Part shown: positions 26,766 to 41,440 of the stretch, piece by piece
Numbering within the stretch: position 1 is the first letter of the stretch
Layout: every line of letters begins with the position of its first letter
NCBI GenBank assembly: GCA_964016885.1
Contig: OZ024740.1
Coordinates: forward strand, 160,022,001 to 160,086,000
DNA from: Eledone cirrhosa
Lineage: Eukaryota
DNA length: 64,000 nt
Direction: 5' to 3'
The notes under the pieces: model-generated
What the model saw: the letters and a program-made list of their open reading frames with translations, nothing else
Told to the model about the DNA's origin: nothing
The model's database searches: none
Made by a program: the position numbers and the translations under genes

Positions 26766-26941
26766 ATTATATATAATCATCATCATCATCATATGTCTGC
26801 TTTTCCCATATATATATTATATGTATATACTGTATATACACAGGGTGCCCACAAAAACTGTATGCACATTTATATTAAAGGGTGCTGAACTATATATACA
26901 TTTTTTGGGGAGACTCTGTGTGTGTGTTTGTATGTATATAT

Positions 26942-27378
26942 ATCATCAGCATCACCGTTTTACGTCTGTTCTTCCATACTACCATGGGTTAGACGGGTTG
27001 TCCTGCTGTGGGCAGTGTCCGGTCGGCTGACCTTGTCTTGCTCATATGGGACCTGATTCTGGGTTGATTTCTACAGCTGGATGCCCTTCCTAACACCAAC
27101 CTCATTTACAGTGAGTGCTGGGTGCTTTTTTTCTGTGGCGCCTACACGTCCACTTTACAGTGTGGGCTGGGTGAATTTTTGCCATGGCACCACCACAACC
27201 ACTTTGCAGTGGAATGATAGGGACCCCAGTCCTATCATCTCATTTCTACAGCTGAGTAAACTGGAGCAATGTGAAAAAAAGTGTCTTGCTCAAGGAAACA
27301 ACACATCACCCGGTCCAAGAATTGAACTCACAAACTTTCGATTGCAAGCCCAATGCTCCAACCACTAAGCCATGTGCC
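26942..27378 (-). mobile_element. Composite SINE: tRNA head, CORE-like domain, hairpin, RTE 3' UTR
   Basis: A-box tggcttagtgg, B-box gttcaattc, ccttgagcaagacac...ctcagctgtagaaatg, then the RTE tail; second copy at 56261-56580. Confidence 0.8.
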
Positions 27379-28480
<1,102 letters not shown>

Positions 28481-28719
28481 AAGTATGACTAATCACAGGC
28501 AAATGACAGATATAAACTGTATTGGGTAAGAATGAAGATATGGGGTATGAGGTGGTAGGTATCTTACTACCTGAGAAATAGATAGATAGGGTGATAGAGG
28601 TAGTTAGAGTAAGTGACAGAATCTCAAGCTCAAAATAGCTGTAGGAAATAGAATGTTGGTAATTACATCTACCTATACTCCACAGGTAGGACAAAATAAA
28701 CACAAAAAGTACAGATTCT

Positions 28720-29480
28720 ATGAAGAATTTTTACAGACGTCTTCATGTACTCATCATCCTGGCATGCAATTTCAATGGATATGTGGGGGATGTACCAGAA
28801 TGCATTCTGTGGAGTTCACTGCTAAAAAAATGAAAAGGCGTTGAGGCTCCTGGAATTCAGGAAACCAATCAGCCACCTGATCTAATATCAATCAGGTGAA
28901 CACACAAGCCAAATTGTTTACTTACTCGTTAAGACAAGGAGATAAATGGACTGTTATAAACAATAAGCCTGAGCCCATATGAGGATGCTATGCCATATTT
29001 GATAGTGATTTCCAACTCTAGCATTGAAATCTTCTATTATGATGAGCTTCTTTATGTATGGAACAGTGGGGATTGCTTGTGATGTTGATCAAATGTTATG
29101 GTATTCTGCTCAGCTGAATAGAGAGTTTGGGCATAACAACTCACTAATGTTTCAGAGGTTTTGTGAGCTAGATCGAGTAATGATATAGTCACTGATATTT
29201 TTGGGGACTGATGCTACGTATTTCGCAATGTCAGATCTGATGATAAATCCAATACCAGATTGATAATTGTTTTCATTTTGTATGAACCGGAAGACTACTC
29301 TCTCCTACTTCTTCCATTAAGCATGAACCAGGGAGTCAGGTTTCACTTTTGGCACAGATTATATCTATTGAGTGTTTTGCAGATGATGGCTGATCTTTGT
29401 TCCAGATTTGAACTGCTGCTCCAGAGTGTTCTAACATTCCTGGAACCAAAAGTTAAATGTTTTGTTTTGTTTCCACTGCA
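28720..29480 (-). pseudogene. Degenerate APE endonuclease of an RTE (BovB-like) LINE
   Basis: HLTFGSRNVRTL...EQRSAIICKTLNRYN; VSCYAQTL; IIIEDFNARVG (GDFNA motif); many frameshifts. Confidence 0.7.
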
Positions 29481-30591
29481 TATTTGAATAACAAGACAGC
29501 TGTGGTTGACTGCTAAGTTAAAAGATTGTGCAAGCATTTGTTTAGGGTTTTTTTACCGCCCACTTTCTGTGTAAGGAAAGCAGTGCTATGTCTAAAATGT
29601 CCTGCTTTGTCACCATCAGAGGACACAAACAACACAAATTGTTCATATTTTGTGCATGAACAGCCTTCACCTCATGGTCACCATTGTGTAGTGTTAAGGA
29701 CTTCCTGTAATACCCTATACTAGACCCCATCACCTTTTCTCTCTCACTAGTGGGCTTTGTGTTAATGGGGGCATATCAAATAGACAACTAATAGAGCTAT
29801 AGAGCTACCCACACAAAGGAATTATTTATAGTGGTGAAGGCTTGTGTTGGACCAGCCCCACTTTTTGGAAATGTTTATAACAAAGGATTGGTGGAAAAGT
29901 TTGCTACAAATCCAATGAACAACACACCTCAGTTATTGGATGGCTGTTAACATCAAGAGTTCCTCTGCTCCTTATAACAGGTTTTAATTTTTGTCCAAAA
30001 AATCACCCTCCTCACCAAACAAGCTAGGGGGTATTGCCAATTTAGTTGCCAATGACACGATAATGTGAAAGGTTGTACTGGGTTATATGTTACAAGTAGT
30101 GCTCAAAGGCAACCTGAAATAATACGTGTATATATATGATAACTGCTGCTACATAGTGATGAATGACTCTGCCTGCAAATGACTCTCCAAACCTGCTTCA
30201 CTCATGCAAATCTGTTTACAGATGTGACAAACACAAGTCCTTTGAATGGTTTTGAAAGTAACTTGCTCGTTATGCACTCTCATATGCTGCTTCAGTACAG
30301 CAGCAGACCTACGAAATTTGCCGAAAACTTACTCGGATACTCTGCAGGTCTTTCAGGGAAGACACCAACAAAGCTGTCAGCTTTTAAATGACTAACAAGC
30401 CCACCAAGAACAACCTTTATATATATGTATATATATTTATGTATATATATATATGTATATATATTTATGTATATATATATGTATATATATTTATGTATAT
30501 ATATATGTATATATATTTATATATATATATATGTATATATATAAATGTATATAAATATGTGTATATATATGTGTATATATATATAAATATA

Positions 30592-30626
<35 letters not shown>

Positions 30627-30637
30627 GTGTATATATA

Positions 30638-31440
30638 TATCATCATCATCATCATCATCGTTTTACGTCCGTTCTTCCACGTTAGCATGGGTTAGACGGG
30701 TTGTCCTGTTGTGGGCAGTGTCTGGTCGGCTGACCATGCCTTGCTCATACAGGAACTGATCTGGCTTGATTTCTACAGCTGGATGCCCTTCCTAACACCA
30801 ACCTCATTTACAGTGAGTGCTGGGTGCTTTTTCGTGGCGCCTACACGTCCACTTTACAGTGTGGGCTGGGTGCTTTTTTGCCGTGGCACCTCCACGACCA
30901 CTTTGCGGTGGGGGTGTGGGGGCATATTGTCTATATGCTTCAGCTTGTACCCATGGGAGGTCGGGTACTCTGTATTACTGCATGACGCCAGAAGTCACGG
31001 TCGTGTGTCATTGTCTTTGAGAGGTGTAATTGGATAAGGTCGGCTTTTATCACCTCATCCAAGGTCATCTTGGGTCTCCCCACTCCGCGGTTTCCATCAA
31101 CTTCTAGTGCTCTGCACCTTTTTATGCAGCTGTCATCCTTCATACGCATCACATGTCTATACCAGCGCAACCGCCTCTCCTGCACACAGCATTTGATTCC
31201 TCTTATGCTCAGTCTCTGTCTCAATTCATTTATGCTTTGTCGTTCGCATATATTACTATTACACCTCCATCGGAGCATGCAGGCTTCGTTTCTTTCTAAT
31301 CTACGTAAGTCTTCCACCTTCAGCGCCCAAGTCTCACTACCATGCAACATCGCTGTTCGGATACACGCATCATATAGTCTGCCTTTCATTCTGAGGGAGA
31401 AGCCTTTTGCAGCTAGCAGTGGTAGTAGTTCCCTAAACTT
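30638..31440 (-). mobile_element. 5'-truncated RTE LINE
   Basis: ORF 30940-31389 KGRLYDACIRTAMLHGSETW...RRLRWY...GRPK; nearly identical to 24551-25300; flanked by TA arrays. Confidence 0.95.
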
Positions 31441-31527
31441 ATTTATATTTATATATATATATATATATGGATAATTATATATATAGATATATTTATATAT
31501 ATATATATATACGTATAAATAGATATA

Positions 31528-31950
31528 TCATCATCATCATCGTTTAACGTCCATCTTCCACGCTGGCATAGGTCTGGACGGGAATTGTCCCACTTGAGCA
31601 AGATTGGTTGTCTTGCTCAGGACTGTCTGGTGGGTTTTCTACGGCTGGATGCCCTTCCTAAGACCAATCACATTTACAGTGTGGAGTGGGAGGTTTTTAC
31701 AGTGTTACCTACACGGCCACATTACAGCGTGGACTGTTTGCTTTTGTGTCGTGACACCTACACAACCTCATTTATTTAGGACTGGATGTTGTGGTACCAA
31801 CATAGCTTTACATCGAAAGGGGTGGTGTAGATGGCGGTAGGGGTAGTGGGACGGGGGTGTATATTGGTTAAGAGGTGCCCACTGACTGTAGCCTTTGCTT
31901 TGTACTTAGGCAAGACAGGTCTTCTGTATTACTGCGTAGCGCCAAAAATC
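31528..31950 (-). mobile_element. RTE 3' UTR, second subfamily
   Basis: Homologous to 14665-15035; (GAT)n tail. Confidence 0.8.
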
Positions 31951-31978
31951 CCTCTCTCTCTCTCTATATATATATATA

Positions 31979-32012
<34 letters not shown>

Positions 32013-35000
32013 CACACATATAAAAAAATCAATGTATTGAGAATTGCTCTGAGAGAATTGTTCATAGCATTAGATTTAAATTAAAGTTATTTCCTTCCCA
32101 ATAATGGCTGAAATAACTAGGTTGATTAAGAGCATGAAAAAATGCGTGAAATTGAAAGTATATAGAATTAAACTGATATATGATGATTTATTTTTCAGAA
32201 AGATTTCTTATTTATTAATTTATATATTTATTTATATATTTATTTATTTATTTATTTATATTTTTTATATATTTTTTCGTCTTGTTATTCTCCAATATTA
32301 CATAAATGGAACATCTTTCTTGTTTTATTTTGTTGTGTTTTGTGTTTCATGTTTTTTTCTTTTTTGTTTTTTCTTTTTTTTAAGCTAAAGGTTGTTTATT
32401 TGATTTTAATATCTTTTGGATTTTTCTTAACATTGTCTGTTTTTGTGTATATTTCATTATATATATATGTGTGTGTGTGTATGTTGGTGTATGTACATGT
32501 ATATGTGCTTATATTTGTGTATGTATGAGTGTGTGTATTAGTGTTTATGTATCTGTGTGTGCATATTTATGTGCGTTAGTATTTGTGTAGGTATGTATTT
32601 TGTGCATTTTTCTATGTGGCTATGTGTATCTTTGCATTTTTGTATGTTTGTATGTATGTACATGTGCACCTGCCTGTGTTAACTTTATGTAGTTGATTTT
32701 GTTTTCTTGGCTTGAAGCAATGTTTGTGTGTGTATTGCATGTCTGTGTGCATGCGCTATAAGCAGTGTTTGTTGATAAGAATATATGTTTACATGTTTAT
32801 CAATGTATGTGGAAGTAAGTATATTGCTGTAGGTGAGCTTGTATATGTTTGAGACTTATTCTTTGCAAGAGAAGCTATATAAAATCTGTTTGTATGTATG
32901 TATGTATAATTAAGTACTATGCTATGTGTTTGTGTATGTGTGAGGCTACATGAAATATTTGTATGTTTGTGGCTGTGCTATAATTATTGCTTGTAGATAA
33001 AAATGTATGTTTAAGTGTGTGTATATGCATGTGTGTAATTATGATACTGAATATCTCTTTGTGTATATATATATATTTGTGTGTAATTTTTTGTATATTA
33101 TGTGTACAGAATGTGTGTGCATGTAATACAGTCAGTGTGTATAAATGAGAATATCCGTTCATGTGTGTGTATAATTAATTATGATGTTGCAGGTGTGTTT
33201 CTTTGCTAGTATATATGTATATCTGTACGTATGTATGTTTGCATATCTGTTAGGTGTATGACTGTTAATTCTGATGTAAAATTTCTGAAATTAAGGATAT
33301 TAAATATTAGTCAAAAGAAAGAATTAAACAAAAACAAAACCAAAATACAAAATGGCTTGAGAAGAGAATTAAAATCTCATCATTATTTGCTGCCAGTACT
33401 GCCACTACTGCCACCACCATCATCTCCCTACATCACTATTTTCATTCTTCTATGTCATCATCATCATCATCATCACCATTTTGTTAATTGTCATCATCAT
33501 TATCATTATCAGTATTATCATCACGCTTTCTATTAATCATCATCATCATCCTTTTATGTCCGCTTTCCCATGCTTGCATTGTTTAAATGGCTTGTTATAG
33601 ACCAAGCCCATATTTAATTGGAAGTATTGCTCTCATAGATGGGTAGACACTCTGTCTAACTTATATAAATTTCATTTTGGCATAGTTTCTACTATATAAG
33701 TTGTTGTGGATGTATCATAGGCAAATGTTTAAGGAGTTTGGTTTACAATTATTAGGTCCTGGGTTCAATTCTGTTGCATGACATCTTGAGCACGTATCAT
33801 TTACCATAGCCTCAGGTTGACCCATGCCTTGTCAGTGAAATTGGGTAGATGGAAACTGTTTGCATGTTTTCTTGTATCTTACTATAATTAAAATTATTAT
33901 GTAGGGTGTATATTTACACAATTTCATTGCTGTACAACAAATAAGTTGGTTGATTGACAGAGTTGTTGGTGTGGCAGATTAAATGTGCTTCAGTATTTGT
34001 TCTGGTACACTGCACTCTGAGTTCAAATCTTGCTTGCTGAGACACCAATCATAGAGTTGGGTTAACATTTCTGCCTAATCTCTGTTGCATACATTCAGAC
34101 GAGGTCTCCAATTTGAGGATTGCCAGTAAGTCATGTTTTTCTTCCATTTCCTTAATCAATCTTGAAGCCCCTGAAAGATGTCATGAGCACTGCCCTTTCT
34201 CCACTTACTGGGCAATGCAATAAAAATTTCAAGGAAAGAAGTATGATTCTAATCTTTATTTGTAAACAAATTGTTATGAGGACAATGAATTGCTGGAATA
34301 TTTCAAGCATTATACAAAATGCCTTGCAGTATTTGATCCGAATCAATGAAGGTGTATCTCCCATATATAGAAATATCAGACATTTCCCATTTATGGTAGC
34401 AATCTGTTTTGCTGGGTCAAAAGAATTTCAACACTGTTTTCAGAATGACTGGATGCCCAGTGTTCGTATACATAAAAAACAGCAAACAAATAAGCTGAGA
34501 GAAAAAAAATCAGTATAGAGAAATAAGACGAAATATGAAAGAAACCAAGAAAGTGTTAGGGTGAATAGATGTACATATAGATCCAAATGGAAGGAGCCTG
34601 CAGAAGAACAAGTTCAAGGAAAACATGGGAAGATGTGATGAAAGCTGATTTCAAGATGATTAACATTGTGAATGAAGGGAATAGTGACTATAATAACAGC
34701 AAGTCATAATGTTGAAGGAGACACATCCACTGCATGTAAGCTTTAAAAAAACAGATGCAAAAATAATGGTGATGGTGATGATAGAACTTACTTTATATAC
34801 TAGATAACTATCTATACAAACAACTGCATCTCTTAGTTTACTGTATTAATAAAGTGATAATATTTATATTTATATACAAATCAAGTTCTAAATATTGCAT
34901 ATATATACATATGTATACAAATGGAATTTTTAAGACAAAAACAAAATGTCTGCGAAACCTATATCTAAGTCCATAAGCAACCAGTGAAAGGAATCAATCA

Positions 35001-35599
35001 TATCCTAGTTTTAACATATATATTGAACTGCAAGCAACAAATATGAACAGATTAAAAACTAAATAAACATAACAAAAAAAAAAAAGTCGAAGAAACAGAA
35101 AGATTTGCCAAATTGATTTCCATAAATTCTTTTCTATTCTGATTTCTGTTTTCTTTCTTCTTAAAGAGAAAAATGACTTTCCTGGTTTGGTTTGGCTAAT
35201 AATAAAATGAACATAACTATATAATATTCAATTTATATTTATATTATATTGCATTATATTATAAAATGAGGATGATGATAATAATCACAGACACATCCAC
35301 ACGCACACACCGCAAACATCGCAAGCACACGCACATGCTGCAAACACACATAGCACACACACACACACACATATATCATCATCATCATCATCTTCTGTTT
35401 TAAAACCATTTTTCGATGTTGGCATGGATTGGTTGAAACTTTTTGTGATAAAAATCTATGATTGAATACCCTTCCTGATGCCAAATCCAACTTGATTTTT
35501 AAAAGTAAAGTATGGGTTATTACTGAGCAGCTAAACCACTATTTACATGGAAATTTTAAATATCACCAACAGTGTGAAGAAAATAGGCAAACACACACT

Positions 35600-35640
<41 letters not shown>

Positions 35641-35779
35641 ACAAAGCTGTACAATTTCTCTCTAGCAAATTTATTCACAATACTTTGGTTGTCCTAGGCC
35701 TATAGTAGAAGACCCTTGCCCGAGATAATGTGTTTAGGGTGCTCATCGTCATATCATTCTGTGCAAAATGAGTCCTATG

Positions 35780-36140
35780 TTGGATCTGAAGAGGCATCTG
35801 CAGCCACCACATAGTAGGATAGGAGGGTTCAGGGATGGAAAGTACTGGCTTTTCTTTGGGGTCATGAGTACTACTCTTTCATCTATAGTTCTTCTTCACC
35901 CACTTATTCCTGAAAGGGTTGTGGGGGCAGAATTCTCAAACACACTTGCCAGCGGGTCCTGTCAAAAGCAACCATCTCCAACTGATTTGGTTGGATCCCA
36001 AGAATGACCAGCGAAGCTCATGGATATTATCCAACCGTATTGCTCAAGGTCTATCCCTGGGTCTCCTACTGGATGATTTTGTCCATAAAATTTGTCAAGC
36101 GATTCTTTCCTGGGACATTCTAACCACATGCCCATAGTAT
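35780..36140 (-). mobile_element. Rex3/Expander-like RTE 3' end
   Basis: GHVVRMSQERIA*QILW...RRPRDRP...LDNIHELRW..., ending ILPPQP. Confidence 0.65.
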
Positions 36141-37899
36141 TGGAGCTTTTATCTCTCAATTTGGAGAAGTAGTGGCTCTACCTGGAGTTACTCTCTGAGC
36201 TACACACTCTATTGAGTAACACTAGTCCAAAAACTAATATAACTCAATAGAGTAACATTTTGGCTGCTTGTATTTGCAATCGTATTCCCAATATTTCTGA
36301 TTATAGTTAAGGGTTGGCACGAAAACCGAATTGAAGATAGAAAGTTTGGCTTTTACACCTAACTCACTTCTTCTGATTACTAGAATTAAAAGAAAGGAAT
36401 ATGTTTATATTTTAATGGGAAACTAGTTGAACCTGTTAAATTTGCATGGCTTCATTGGAAACAACCCCCAAGTACTAACGTTCACTACAGCATTTTAACA
36501 GTTTTATTTATAAGTGATGTATATATACACAAATAACTGAAACTCCCAAAATAGAATATTTGACTTCGAATTTGAAGATAAATGATAGTCTTGATATATC
36601 ATCTTAATAAAAATAAATAGAATGGGCATGTCTAAAATGCATTTCATCATAGGTCTGCTTGTTCATCACTGATATGGATTAAAAGTAAAGGGCACTTAAC
36701 TCTTATTGAAGTCGTAGAGGTGCTGTGCTGATGCATAGATGGTGTGTTTGGACCTTTTAAACATAGTGGGGCCAATCCCTCACCAGGTCAGGACTCAACT
36801 GATTTCTTCCAGAAAATGGAAGAGAAAGTGATAAAGAGAGATTGTGGAAGAATCGGCTCCAGTACATATAAAACTATCCCCAGACATAGTAAAGACTCAA
36901 GGCCTAGTGGCTAGAACATTTGACTCATGATCAGTTTGATTCTTGAACCAGCTGACGTGTTTTCTTGAGCACGGTACAACCTTCCAAGAAGCCAGCTAGG
37001 CCTCTGTATGTGTGAGCTGTAAATTTCATTTTCATTTTACAAGAAAATGCTTAGTATGGGATGTAGAACAGAAGGGTGCTCTAAATTCATGACAGGCGAA
37101 GTGAATGTAGGTCTTTGAATTGTAAGTTTGTGCATTTGATCCCTACCCAGTGAACTTGAGCAATGCCATTCATTTCACATTTCTCCAGTTCATTCATTGC
37201 AAGAATGATTATCAGCAGCAGCAACCAGGAGTTAACATTTCGATGGACTAGAGTACTGTTAGTCACTTAACACTTCATGAAACTGGTATAAGCTCTGACC
37301 TGGTAAGTCTCTAGATTTAAAAAAAAAATTTTTCTAGCAATTACATAAGGTGAAGTTATGTAGCCATGTATTTGAGGTGTTGTAGTCTTGATAATAAGGT
37401 CATGGGTTTAATTCTTGGGTCTGGCATTGCATTGTGTTCTTGAGCATGTCACTTCATTTCACATTGCTTGGCATGATAGAACTTGAGCCCTTATAATTAA
37501 ACTATTTAACAAACCTCTTATGAGGTTTTATCTCATAGGAGGCCAGTTAAACCTGCATAGGTATGAGCTGCAAAAAAGTTATATAGTCAATGGACAATCT
37601 AATGTTCTTTGCTAGTCTGAAATATTACTCCAAGCTTCATAGATTCCTAATCTTGGTGAAAGATTTTCAATCAGTTCACTGTCACTGGTGCTCTAATAAA
37701 TAGAAAACGATGTGTATGTGTGTGGGTGGGGGGTGGGGGGAGAATGGGAATGGGCTAAGAAAGAGAGAAAGATATAGACAATCTTAATGATTCTTAATGA
37801 ATAACAAGAACTGTTCTGAGATATTGATTGCTTCTTGTAAATTTCTTCTGATAAAATAATCTTGTTATCGTCAAGCAACTTAATTAGATTTACAGCTGC

Positions 37900-38237
37900 A
37901 CACACACACATAAACACATACATATGCACATAGACATACATATGCACATATGTGCAAACACCACACATATACAGAAAGATATTCATATCCAACAAATATA
38001 CCAAAACGAAAAAGATTATATAAACACTTTCACATCTACAAGCACACAGGCATACATGAGCACAAAGGAAAAACACCAACAATTTCACATCGGCAAACGC
38101 AACAGATGTACATGCACACACATGCATATATATACACTTGGACACATATATGCACAGACACACAAATACACACACACACTGGCACATACACAATCCAATA
38201 CACATATACACTCACTATAATAATGAACACAAAAACC

Positions 38238-38269
<32 letters not shown>

Positions 38270-38518
38270 CAAAGGAATATATGAAAAGAATTATATACAC
38301 ACATAAAAATATATCAACACAAATAACTAAGTACTCATACATATAAGCAAATACAGGCAAGCAAGCAAATAAGTTAACTTGTACATACATATACATATAT
38401 ATATACATATACATATATATGTGTATATATGTGTGTATATTTATATATATATATACACATATATGTGTATATATGTGTGCGTATATATATTTATATATAT
38501 ATATATATATACACACAT

Positions 38519-38599
<81 letters not shown>

Positions 38600-39034
38600 C
38601 ATACACATACATACATTCACACACACACACACACTCATACAGACTTGTATATATATATATATATATATACACACTTAGCTGGTACAATAAATTGGCCTTT
38701 ATTTGAAGGTACTCTTTATCTTATAACAAATAAGTGAAGAGACATACAAACAACAACAATCACAGCAAGAAGAAATGTTCTAACTACAACTCTCTAAGTT
38801 AATCAAATGTAATCATAATATACACAGCGCTACTATGTCCTTCGGCAAGATACACTAAGCAAAATTGTGTTACTGTTGTCAAAATTCAAGATATTGTCGG
38901 AAGAAAAATACATAGTTTTAGTTTAAGGTGATGCATTGAAGAGTAACTGATAACTGATAAATTTTATTGACACTTAGACATCCTGGTTTCCTTGCTAACA
39001 GGGTTTGGAATAGACACACACACACATGTGTATG

Positions 39035-39105
<71 letters not shown>

Positions 39106-39108
39106 ATG

Positions 39109-39153
<45 letters not shown>

Positions 39154-39182
39154 ATGTATATATATATATATGTGTGTGTATG

Positions 39183-39213
<31 letters not shown>

Positions 39214-39538
39214 ATGTATATATATATATGTGTGTGTATGTATATATATATATATATATATATGTGTGTCTGTATGTATATATATATATATATATATGTG
39301 TGTATGTGTATGTATATATATATGTGTGTAGGTATATATATATATGTGTGTATGTATATATATATATGTGTGTGTGTATGTATATATATGTGTATGTGTA
39401 TGTATATATATATGTGTGTGTGTATGTATATATATATATGTGTGTATGTATATATATATATATGTGTGTGTGTGTATGTATATATATATGTGTGTGTAGG
39501 TATATATATATATGTGTGTATGTATATATATATGTGTG

Positions 39539-39619
<81 letters not shown>

Positions 39620-39654
39620 ATGTGTATATATATATATATATATATATGTGTATG

Positions 39655-39695
<41 letters not shown>

Positions 39696-39698
39696 ATG

Positions 39699-39769
<71 letters not shown>

Positions 39770-39795
39770 ATGTGTATATATATATATATATGTGT

Positions 39796-39826
<31 letters not shown>

Positions 39827-39860
39827 GGTATGCATGTATATATATATATATAAATGTTTG

Positions 39861-39911
<51 letters not shown>

Positions 39912-39912
39912 C
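37900..39912. repeat. (CA)n, (TA)n and (TATG)n microsatellite blocks
   Basis: Pure (CA)n at about 38520-38587; TA/TG mosaic at 39015-39912. Confidence 0.95.
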
Positions 39913-40014
39913 AAAATGTAGTAACGGAGTCAGAAACTTTTCTTCTCTATATTATATATATGTGGAACCTCGTTTGGTTCCAACGATGAATGCTTCAATT
40001 GTTTGATCAATCGT

Positions 40015-40280
40015 ACATTCTGCTTGTGAAGCTGATGTGCAAATGACAGAGCATCCCACAAACACATATATCTTTAACATAGCTCTCAGGGAGATTCAAC
40101 ATGACGGAGTGTGTCAAGGTTGTCACATATTTGAACCACAGGTACAATTCATATTTGCCAGCTGCATGGTCTGCATCAACATGAAATAAATCATCATTCT
40201 CAAGGACAAAATGTACTGCCTAGTCTGAGAATTGAATTCCCAACTTAAAGATTGTGAGCTGAACACCTTAACAACTAAGG
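40015..40280 (-). mobile_element. tRNA-head CORE-like SINE (diverged)
   Basis: Minus strand ccttagttgttaaggtgttcagctcacaatc...ttcaattctcagac...gtccttgagaa...cagctggcaaatatgaattgtacctg; relative at about 19020-19240. Confidence 0.6.
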
Positions 40281-40451
40281 TTTGGAATATTGTTGGGTAT
40301 TATAGTGGGCATTTCGTAGTTTTGGGTTATTGCTGAAACAACCTAATCCATTGCTGATTTTAATATCACCACCTAGCAATGGGTAATTTTCAGCGAAGTG
40401 CACACTGGTGCAAGTAAGGCTGCAGATTGATACAATTGTTAGATTATAGGA

Positions 40452-40679
40452 TTAACCTTTTTGATACAAAGTCACCTGTAACTGCCCTTGCTTCTATGAT
40501 ACAAAACTGCTCATTTTAAAATGTTTATCCTTATATCAAATGTTTCCAACATAATTTTATTTATTAATGAAAGAGTTAGTTATTTTATTAAATTCCTCCA
40601 AATGTTTGGTTACTTTAAAAATTAATTTAATCACATAGGCAGTGTATTTCTGAAGAAGTATGGTAATGGAGAGGTTAAA
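40452..40679. mobile_element. piggyBac-like MITE
   Basis: TTAA-CCTTTT...GAGAGG-TTAA; homologous to 15863-16090. Confidence 0.6.
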
Positions 40680-40687
40680 TATCTTAA

Positions 40688-41090
40688 AAATAAAGTACCA
40701 GTAATGCACTGGGATAATTGTTGGCCTTGTGCCAAAAGTAGAAACGATTATTTGTTCAGCATAGAATTACGGCCCTTTATGACCTGAGTTCAAATCCCGC
40801 CATGGTTAACTTTGCCTTTCCTCCTTACGGGGTCGATAAAATAAAATACTAGTAATACACTGGAATAATTGCTGGCCTTGTGCCAAAAGTAGAAACAATT
40901 ATTTGTTCTGTAGCCGATTGGCAGTATCGGTAGAGTGTCAGACACTATGCTTTGCAACATAGACTTATGGTCTTTTATATTCTGTGTTCAAATCCTGCTG
41001 AGGTTAGCTTTGCCTTTCATCATTACAGGGTCGATAAAATAAAGTACCAATAAGTACTGGGGTCGATTTAATTAACTTTCACCTCCCCTT
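40688..41090 (+). mobile_element. Head-to-tail cluster of three Nin/Deu SINE units
   Basis: The 3' end ggccttgtgccaaaagtagaaac..ttatttgttc occurs twice, followed by a third unit starting ttggcagtatcggtagag. Confidence 0.8.
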
Positions 41091-41139
41091 CCAAGACATT
41101 AAGTGACGTGATTATTTTGCTTAATGGTTCTTCCAGCCC

Positions 41140-41440
41140 TGACTACATTCACATCTATACAGTCACTACAATAAAATACTAACCACATAACAGTCAATGC
41201 AACAGAATTCTGACAACATAACATAATAAATTGGTATCACTACACAGTCACTTCTGTAAAACACTGTCCACACAACATATCAACTATGAGACAACATTGA
41301 CTACACAATGTTATCTAGTAGTTATTACTACAGAATACTGAATTCACAATATAACAGCACAATACCTTAACTGCTACACAGCATTAACATCATTACATAG
41401 TTATTACTGCAGAATACTGACCACACAACATAGTCACATG
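41140..41440. repeat. Degenerate ~30-bp minisatellite
   Basis: Recurring acagtcactac..aaatactgaccacacaac and agttattactacagaatactga units. Confidence 0.6.

Noticed and set aside
41140-41440. Possible CRISPR-like repeat-spacer array
   Set aside because: Units are degenerate tandem repeats without unique spacers; eukaryotic context and no cas genes.
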